DNA of 64,000 nucleotides from the NCBI GenBank assembly GCA_019057475.1, contig DXJO01000004.1:32001-96000 (forward strand). Direction: 5' to 3'. Made by a program: the position numbers and the translations under genes. Of this stretch, positions 57,273 through 64,000 are shown one piece after another; position 1 is the stretch's first letter, and each line of letters begins with the position of its first letter. The notes under the pieces are model-generated. The model searched no databases. It saw only the letters and a list, made by a program, of their open reading frames with translations, and was not told the origin of the DNA. This DNA comes from Candidatus Thorarchaeota archaeon. GTDB lineage: Archaea; Asgardarchaeota; Thorarchaeia; Thorarchaeales; Thorarchaeaceae.

Positions 57273-58937
57273 CTACGGGCCGGTTGTTGCCGGAGCTCCC
57301 CAGTACACTAGCCAGTGGCGCCAGCTCACTGTGATGTCAAGAACAACACCGTGAATGCTTGGGCTTGTCACTGCTACAGTGCGGCCTTGCCAGAGCGGAA
57401 TCATTGAGCACTGCTCGGCTTGAAGGTCCTGCAAATCGTAGTAGGCTTCCTGCCTGCCAGCGTCAGTTGTTGCGCTGCGGCCATCAACCCAGAGATTGTA
57501 CTCCGCGACGCCCGCCGCTGGATACGTTTCATTGAAGCCCATGTTGAGCCAAGAGGCAAATGGCAAGAACGCGTAGTTGTCCGGATCGATGTAGTCTGGA
57601 TACCAGCCGTATACATATACGGGCATCGTGCCAGCGTTTCTCTGATCTCTGTATGCAGACCACTCAAGTGATTTTAGGTTGACTTTCATTACACCGCTTG
57701 CTTCAAAATCACTCTTGTATACTGCAGCCTGTTCGGCGCTCTGAGGATAGTGTCCTGAGCTCTCGTAGTACAGGTCAAATTCCAGCTTGTTGTCTGCATC
57801 GTAACCATGCAGAGCAAACATCGCCAAGGTATGGGAGTAGTTTGCACCAGTTCCATAGATCTCAAATGACGGCCTGTGATATGCCATACCGGCAGGCACT
57901 ATGGTTTCCAATGGATCTGCATTGCCAAGGAATACAGTTTCGCAGACGTGGCTCTTGTTAAGAGCTGCTGCTATACCCTGCCTGATATCAGTTTCATTGA
58001 ATGGATAGATGTCTTGCTGGAAGCACATGTACTGTATCGCAGCACCAATTCCATCCCAGACACGAACATCGGCGTTCTCTCTGAAAGCATTTACTTGTGC
58101 GGCCGACATGTGCCTGTATGCAATGTCAATATCGCCAGCTAGCATTGCTGACGTTAAGGCTGTGTCAGTCGAATAGAATTGGATGATAATCACATCTGCC
58201 TTGGGGTATACTGGGCCATTCCAGTAGTTGGGGTTCTTCTCTAGCCGCATCTGTTGATCTTCACCGCCAACCCGTGTCCAGTTCGCCAAGATGAATGGTC
58301 CTAGACCATTTGGATGGCTGCCCCGTGTATCACCTTCAGTATACTCCACGTAATGATCAAGTGGTGCATAATCTGGATGAACCATGTATGATGCCGCGCA
58401 GGACATCAGTTGCAGAAACGGAGCGAATGACATATGCAGATTGAATCTTACGACATAGTCGCTGATTATTTCAACATTGTCGATGATGTCAGCATAACCC
58501 ATGTTGAATTGCGGGCCATCAGGCTCTTGCAGTCCGGTACCTGTGAGATTGCAGTTTCTGTCAAAGGTGTATTTAACGACCGAAGCATTGAATGCTGTTC
58601 CATCCTCGAAAGTTATACCTTCTCGCAGATTGAAATCCCATTGTTTTCCCCCATCGGTTGCTAACCAACTTTCGGCGAGTGCGGGCAGAATATCATCTGC
58701 TCCACCGGCCGACCCGGGTTCGATTTCAACTAGCCCCGAACTGAGAGCTGTAATAATTTCCCAGCCGAAGTAGTCATATGATTGGGCCATGTCAATGCTC
58801 GCTTCCACAGAGTCAGTGGTTCCCATAAGGATAGTACCACCTGGGGGAATTGGCGGAAACATAATCATGTATCCGGCTACCGCCCCCGCGATAACAACGA
58901 TAATGACCACAATAGCAATAGTTTGTTTTTGTTCCAA
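57273..58937 (-). CDS. peptide ABC transporter solute-binding protein (family 5)
   Basis: FNLREGITFEDGTAFNA, GWYPDYIDPD; TTG start after GGAGG. Confidence 0.95.
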   Translation of the reverse strand: MEQKQTIAIVVIIVVIAGAVAGYMIMFPPIPPGGTILMGTTDSVEASIDMAQSYDYFGWEIITALSSGLVEIEPGSAGGADDILPALAESWLATDGGKQWDFNLREGITFEDGTAFNASVVKYTFDRNCNLTGTGLQEPDGPQFNMGYADIIDNVEIISDYVVRFNLHMSFAPFLQLMSCAASYMVHPDYAPLDHYVEYTEGDTRGSHPNGLGPFILANWTRVGGEDQQMRLEKNPNYWNGPVYPKADVIIIQFYSTDTALTSAMLAGDIDIAYRHMSAAQVNAFRENADVRVWDGIGAAIQYMCFQQDIYPFNETDIRQGIAAALNKSHVCETVFLGNADPLETIVPAGMAYHRPSFEIYGTGANYSHTLAMFALHGYDADNKLEFDLYYESSGHYPQSAEQAAVYKSDFEASGVMKVNLKSLEWSAYRDQRNAGTMPVYVYGWYPDYIDPDNYAFLPFASWLNMGFNETYPAAGVAEYNLWVDGRSATTDAGRQEAYYDLQDLQAEQCSMIPLWQGRTVAVTSPSIHGVVLDITVSWRHWLVYWGAPATTGP

Positions 58938-59169
58938 GAGGAATCCTCCTTTCACGCAGCACAAATAATTGTGTGTGTGCTATAAACTCCCCCTTATGCT
59001 GTATATAAGTAATCCCACAAAAGCCATTGTAACAGCGACGATGGTTCGGCAAGTGACGATGGTGTTATCGAGCTAATCGTTACATTGCTGACCCTTTTGG
59101 AACCATATGTGGTGTGCGGCCTTTAATATGTCATAGCCAAGTCTGAGGGACTAAGGGAAGCAAAACTGG

Positions 59170-60765
59170 TCAGGGAAGTGGTGGTCTTATCGAAACCTCT
59201 TTCTCCCATTCAACCGCAAAGCTGTACTCTATGGCTAATTTCTTCTGCGATTCGATACTCGTTTCCCACTCAATGACACCAAGCTCGGTCTTCTTGGGAA
59301 TCAATGAAGGCGTCTTCAACTCGACCTCAATCTTCTCGGATGAGCTATATGGTATTCTGTCCACAATTCGGATCTCTATGGTATCCTTTGAGAAGTTCTT
59401 CAGCTCAATCCTGTACTTGTAGTCGCGCCTCTTCTTGCCTCTGGTGAATCCAGCCTTTTCCGTGTCCTTCTCGACTAGCTTCTTTTCAGCCTTAACATCA
59501 TATGACGTCCTGGTGCCAAGCTGAAACTTCTCGCGAGGTGCTATGAGTGATAGATTGGTTTCGCCTATGAAATCACCAGCCGCATAGACTTTAACATTTC
59601 CAGGTAGCAGAACAGAATCGCCATTCGTAATCTCGTCCTGTGCAACAACTTCGGGCATTGCATAAGCATTCCAGAAGTGCAGCCGTCTGGATTCGAACTT
59701 CTCCTCTGTGAGAGTGACTGGATGAGGGTCATCATCTGAGGGAATGTCGAGTCTGCCAGGCACGTCGTAGATTACCGTACCTCCCAAGGTTTCTGTTGCC
59801 TCAGCATAGGTTTCAATCATATCAACCAATGGTTCCTCTTCATAGGCCTTCTCTACTTCATCGTCGAGGTAGTCCATGTCTTTGGACATTTCCGCCTTGG
59901 CAACGCGGGTTTCTCCGAAACCAGATGGCCCAGATCCTTCCGCAGCATATGGTCTATAGACATCCACATAGAACGGTGTTGGTTCTACTGCCTCAACTGG
60001 GCGTGCTGATGCTGTGGAGACCACGAGCTCGATATCCTCCCAATCCTCAAGGGTGTGGTTGTAGATCTGTGCGATTCTCTTTACTGATGCAGTGTTTTCA
60101 CCAACGTCAACATCATAGGTCGGACTCCATCCTGCTCCCCCTATCTGATATGTCACCTCGAGTTCGATTCTGGTGTTCTCCTGAACTTCTACCGTAACGT
60201 TTACGTCCGTGGTTGTGATTATCCGCATCTGACCTTGGACTCTCTGAATGTTGCTGTGGAGTACTTGTATCTCAGCATCTAACTTCTCAAGATCTTCGCG
60301 AAGCTCTCGCTGTTTCTTCTTGGCATCGCTCAGAAGCTTGAGCGTAGTCCTGTCCATCGTGCTGAGATGATCCATTGTACTTTCGCCGGCCGCAAACCAC
60401 TTTCCAAACTCAGCCGAGAACTGTTGCATTATGGATGACAAATGGGCAGCTCTAGATTCTTGATACTGGATGCTGTCTGAAACTTCAACTCGCTTCTTCT
60501 CCAGGACCTCTAGGTTCTTCTTCATCTCCTTGAGTTCACCTGGGGGCTCGAAGACTGAACTCGTTTTCTTTACATCAATGCCCCTTAGGATGGCAGCTCC
60601 CTTGCCTTTCACTCGGAAACTATCATCATGCGCATACTCGGAGATGCCTGTTATCAGAACAACGTGTTCTCCGGGTATGAGCTCTGTCTTGCCGGAACGA
60701 GTAATTCTAGCACCATCGCGGAATACTGTAACCTCGGTAATCCTTGTAGTCATTTCTTTTTTCAT
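59170..60765 (-). CDS. DUF4140/DUF4139 (MuiA-like) protein
   Basis: ITEVTVFRDGARITR, coiled coil, AGWSPTYD, VSTA, DRIP. Confidence 0.9.
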   Translation of the reverse strand: MKKEMTTRITEVTVFRDGARITRSGKTELIPGEHVVLITGISEYAHDDSFRVKGKGAAILRGIDVKKTSSVFEPPGELKEMKKNLEVLEKKRVEVSDSIQYQESRAAHLSSIMQQFSAEFGKWFAAGESTMDHLSTMDRTTLKLLSDAKKKQRELREDLEKLDAEIQVLHSNIQRVQGQMRIITTTDVNVTVEVQENTRIELEVTYQIGGAGWSPTYDVDVGENTASVKRIAQIYNHTLEDWEDIELVVSTASARPVEAVEPTPFYVDVYRPYAAEGSGPSGFGETRVAKAEMSKDMDYLDDEVEKAYEEEPLVDMIETYAEATETLGGTVIYDVPGRLDIPSDDDPHPVTLTEEKFESRRLHFWNAYAMPEVVAQDEITNGDSVLLPGNVKVYAAGDFIGETNLSLIAPREKFQLGTRTSYDVKAEKKLVEKDTEKAGFTRGKKRRDYKYRIELKNFSKDTIEIRIVDRIPYSSSEKIEVELKTPSLIPKKTELGVIEWETSIESQKKLAIEYSFAVEWEKEVSIRPPLP

Positions 60766-60776
60766 GTTCTCTCACC

Positions 60777-62366
60777 TCATGGCAATGGAGGATTGATTGA
60801 AATCCCTCGTTCCCATTGCACCTCGAAGGCGTACTCGATCTCTGCTTTCTTGCCAGCGTCCACCTTGCGGTGCCACTCCATAATTCCAAGTTCATGCTTA
60901 TCGACACCAAGCTTCTCCCAGTCCGCATTCACCTCTATTGAAGTGCTGAGGCTATGGGGTATTCTATCTAATATCTCAATGTCAATCATTTGCTTGGCAA
61001 AGTTTTCGAGCTCAAGTCGATACTTGTAGCTCCTTCTCAGCTTGCCGCGAGCGATGCCTGCTTTCTCCACTTCGCGTTCAACCAGTTTCTTCTTCGCCTT
61101 GACATTGTGGGCAACGCGTGTCCCCAACTTGAACTTCTCTCTGGGGGACATCAATTCCAGGCTTGTTTCGCCAATGTACTCTCCTTCAGAGTAGACTTTG
61201 ACTTTTCCAGGAAGGAGAACTGTGTCGCCGTTGGTGACTTCATCCTGAGCAACAACCTCTGACATGGCGTCTGCGAACCAGTAGTGGAGTGTGCGTGAGT
61301 CCATCTCCTCTTCTATCAAGGTCACTGGGTGTTTCTCGCCATCAGCAGGGACTGTGAAGGGCTTGGGTACTTCGTATACTGCAATTCCCGACACTGTTTC
61401 AGTGACTTCTGCAAACTCCTCCTCCATCTCTGGCGGGGGTGGAGGGATAGCTACCTCCATTAGAGACGCTGATGGCATCGGTGCACGTTTAGCCATCTTC
61501 TTCCTGGCTACAGGTCTAGATGCCATCGTTGCCATCCTTCTGCGATCTTCCTCTGGATCGTAAGCCGCTATCATAAATGGCGTTGGTTCTACTGCTTCAA
61601 CTGGTCGTGCCGTGGCAGTTGAAACAACTAGATCTACTTCTTCCCACTGTTCTCTTGTGCGATTCCGAACAACTGCTATTCTTCTGATTTTCGCGATCTT
61701 CGGAAGTAGGTCAATGTCGTAAGTCGGAATCCATCCTGCTCCCCTGCACTGGTATGTTACCTCAAGCTCAATGATGCCTGCCTTTGAAGCCTCCAAGCTG
61801 ACCTCAACCTCGTAGAAGGTTTCGGTTCTTTTTCTAGATTCAATTGTCCCAAGGTTCTGCCTAAGAACTTGAATCTGATCGTCTATGTCCTTGAGCCTGT
61901 ATTTCAGCTCTCTCAGCTTCTTCTTCGTCTGAGCAATCATCTTGCCAGAGGCATTGTCAATCTCAGTCAGCTGCGATATTTCCGCTTCATCAGCAGCGTA
62001 GACCATTCCAAATGTGGAGGCAAACTCTCCCATCATCCCATTGAGATAGGTCAATCTACTAGTGTGCATCTCAATCTCGTCAGTAGTGGTCTTGCGATTG
62101 CCCTCAAGCTTCTTGAGTTGAGCAATCAGTTGTTTCTTGTCTTCCATTGGCTCGTAGACGGTTTCCATTCTTCTTACATCAATGCTGGAAATGGTAGCAG
62201 GTCCTTTTCCCTTGACGCGAAAACTGTCTTCTTGTGCCCACGCGGTTATCCCTGATATGAGCACCTTCTGAGCGCCGGCCGCTAAATTCGTCTGGCCTGT
62301 TCTCGTCACGCGAGCGCCATCGCGGAAGACGGTGACGTTTGATATTCTGGTTTCAAGCTCTGTCAA
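60777..62366 (-). CDS. DUF4140/DUF4139 (MuiA-like) protein
   Basis: ISNVTVFRDGARVTR, AGWIPTYD, DRIP; paralogue of the neighbour. Confidence 0.9.
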   Translation of the reverse strand: MTELETRISNVTVFRDGARVTRTGQTNLAAGAQKVLISGITAWAQEDSFRVKGKGPATISSIDVRRMETVYEPMEDKKQLIAQLKKLEGNRKTTTDEIEMHTSRLTYLNGMMGEFASTFGMVYAADEAEISQLTEIDNASGKMIAQTKKKLRELKYRLKDIDDQIQVLRQNLGTIESRKRTETFYEVEVSLEASKAGIIELEVTYQCRGAGWIPTYDIDLLPKIAKIRRIAVVRNRTREQWEEVDLVVSTATARPVEAVEPTPFMIAAYDPEEDRRRMATMASRPVARKKMAKRAPMPSASLMEVAIPPPPPEMEEEFAEVTETVSGIAVYEVPKPFTVPADGEKHPVTLIEEEMDSRTLHYWFADAMSEVVAQDEVTNGDTVLLPGKVKVYSEGEYIGETSLELMSPREKFKLGTRVAHNVKAKKKLVEREVEKAGIARGKLRRSYKYRLELENFAKQMIDIEILDRIPHSLSTSIEVNADWEKLGVDKHELGIMEWHRKVDAGKKAEIEYAFEVQWERGISINPPLP

Positions 62367-62600
62367 AGTCCTCTCCTCACGCCCTTCAACCTTTGTCGCA
62401 TTTATGCTTTGAGTCAGCTGCCTCCGGCCCTATTATCCCGGCTTGTCAGCAATTGCGATTTACCTGGGTTGCCCGTCAATGAATAGGGATATATAAGCGA
62501 ATATCTTATAATAAAGAATATTATCATCACTCTTGCTAGGAGACATGAAACATTGACTTTGAACTGCCGGGAAGCCAATGGAGGCGCTAACCTCACACTC

Positions 62601-62816
62601 ATGAGAGTACAACATGATGCACTTGGAAAAACCTTCAATGACATACGTCGCAAGAGATTCGAGCTTGACGAAAAAAAGGACAGAGGACACATCTCAGGAC
62701 CACTCTATCAAAGGTTACTGCTCAATCTAATCGTCGGGAGCAATGGCATTCGCTCAGAGCGCGAAGATTTGGAGGGCACAATCAGCCTATTCGAATCAAG
62801 CGAGTTCGCCGCATAG
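62601..62816 (+). CDS. possible small hypothetical protein
   Basis: Helical, protein-like composition in a gap; no family recognised. Confidence 0.3.
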   Translation: MRVQHDALGKTFNDIRRKRFELDEKKDRGHISGPLYQRLLLNLIVGSNGIRSEREDLEGTISLFESSEFAA

Positions 62817-62831
62817 GCATGATGGTTATGT

Positions 62832-63395
62832 TCACTTCTTTTTACCCCATGCAAATCTCGCTAGAATAACTAGCAGAGTCAATGCCAGAATTATACATGA
62901 CCACTTCAGTTGAGTGAAGATGTTGGCAATACTGACAGCCAACGGCGAGAGATTCGGGTATGACGCAATCAATGCTGCAATCGTGATATTCTCTAGATAG
63001 TCGAAGATCATGCCGAGGATGGGTATGAAAACTGCCTTCTCCATTGGGTGCCCTTCAGGAAACAATCTTGTGACGACACCAGTCAGTGCCAGGGTCATGC
63101 TCATGCCATAGGCCAACGGAAAGATTAGATCAAGAACCTGCAGCGTGGTATACAATTGCCTACCCTGCTCGCCAAGCACAGTGAAGAGATGTTCGACATC
63201 AGCAAAAGTGTAACCTGGTCTGGTATCTAGGATTGGCAAGCCTCCGGACAGCGCCAGTATCTGGGGATGGACATATCCCATCATTACTACGGCTACAATT
63301 ATCGTCAGAACGAGGAACAGCAGGAAAAATCTCAGGGTTGTCAGTTTCTTGATATGGTCTAGGAGTTTCATCTCTCTATTCTCCGGCATTTTCAT
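62832..63395 (-). CDS. membrane protein
   Basis: Four TM helices; LDTRPGY, GEQGRQLY, DLIFP, FDYLEN, LKW. Confidence 0.8.
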   Translation of the reverse strand: MKMPENREMKLLDHIKKLTTLRFFLLFLVLTIIVAVVMMGYVHPQILALSGGLPILDTRPGYTFADVEHLFTVLGEQGRQLYTTLQVLDLIFPLAYGMSMTLALTGVVTRLFPEGHPMEKAVFIPILGMIFDYLENITIAALIASYPNLSPLAVSIANIFTQLKWSCIILALTLLVILARFAWGKKK

Positions 63396-63727
63396 CGACT
63401 TAGTGCACCCTTTAAGAATCCGCGTGATTAACTGTCGGTGCTCAGGTGGAGGTTATTAGACTTCATCATGATTTGCTGCTATGAGAGCGGAGAAGTGGCT
63501 GCTTGTCGGAGGCCAGGTCTTCAGACTCGAACGCGCTTCCATGAACCTCAGAGAAGCGATTCAGCCTGCGAGTGATTTAAGTCAAGAGAGACAGGTTGTC
63601 GTAAAAAAGAGCCGGGCAAATAAATGGATTGTATATTGGAGACACAAGAAAGACAGATCGATGTGTCCTTCGTTCACTGAGAGTCTTATTGAGAACGATT
63701 GCGCTTGCTGAATCGCTGTTCACGGAT

Positions 63728-63755
63728 AAGAAAGGGAATTTGGGGGCATTCAGCC
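63728..63755 (-). terminator. hairpin after rubredoxin
   Basis: GGGGGC/GCCCCC inverted repeat followed by a pyrimidine tract on the minus strand. Confidence 0.5.
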
Positions 63756-63766
63756 CCCGAGAATAT

Positions 63767-63928
63767 TCACTCTAATTTCTCGAAATCTTTCTTAGAAGCG
63801 CCGCACATCGGACAGACCCAATCATCAGGTAGGTCTTCGAACTTCGTGCCCGCTGCAATTCCGCTGTCCTCATCGCCTTTGTCTTCGTCGTATACCCAGC
63901 CACAAACTAGACATTCCCATCGTGCCAT
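63767..63928 (-). CDS. rubredoxin
   Basis: [11 protein letters not shown]...[14 protein letters not shown]; start at 63928 or 63964. Confidence 0.96.
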   Translation of the reverse strand: MARWECLVCGWVYDEDKGDEDSGIAAGTKFEDLPDDWVCPMCGASKKDFEKLE

Positions 63929-64000
63929 TTTAGCATTCTCCGGTTTCAATTGAGTATTGCTCATTCAAGGTCGTAATGACCCTATGTGCATTTCTTCATT

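Noticed and set aside
1-64000. Genome-wide TAG recoding
   Set aside because: Many genes end at TAG exactly at their family C-terminus (for example 12073, 17469, 18808)

Overview
Archaeal chromosomal segment, most likely from an Asgard archaeon of the Thorarchaeia type. This is inferred from a membrane protein fused to a longin-like domain, an 'IDLSPL' LRR protein, archaeal-type peptide ABC systems and frequent TTG/GTG or leaderless starts. The window is dominated by peptide uptake and catabolism: three Opp/Dpp ABC operons, two orphan OppD-like ATPases, S9 and M20 peptidases, a penicillin acylase, an Ntn hydrolase and an amidohydrolase. It also has oxidative-stress genes (FprA, rubrerythrin, rubredoxin), two tandem non-canonical carbamoyltransferases, a bacterial-type GAPDH and a tandem DUF4139 pair. 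The standout is at 34.5-38.7 kb. A radical SAM/SPASM enzyme strongly resembling the tyramine-excising splicease PlpX is followed by four paralogous small single-TM proteins. These end in a conserved TY[VL]PGTxY[GA][SA]IxP[KR]DF tail, and three of the four carry an XYG-x-x-x-P splice-type motif. A methyltransferase-TPR gene follows. Together this is a candidate archaeal 'spliceotide' (alpha-keto-beta-amino acid) system with membrane-anchored substrates. Other points of interest are an AT-rich block at about 45.4-50.8 kb ending in a deleted M20 copy and a frameshifted Argonaute-like remnant, an in-frame TAG in a solute-binding protein, an unannotated 31-codon ORF in a structured mini-transcript, and a candidate ncRNA. 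No rRNA, tRNA, CRISPR array or transposase was seen. All family assignments come from motif recognition, not database searches.
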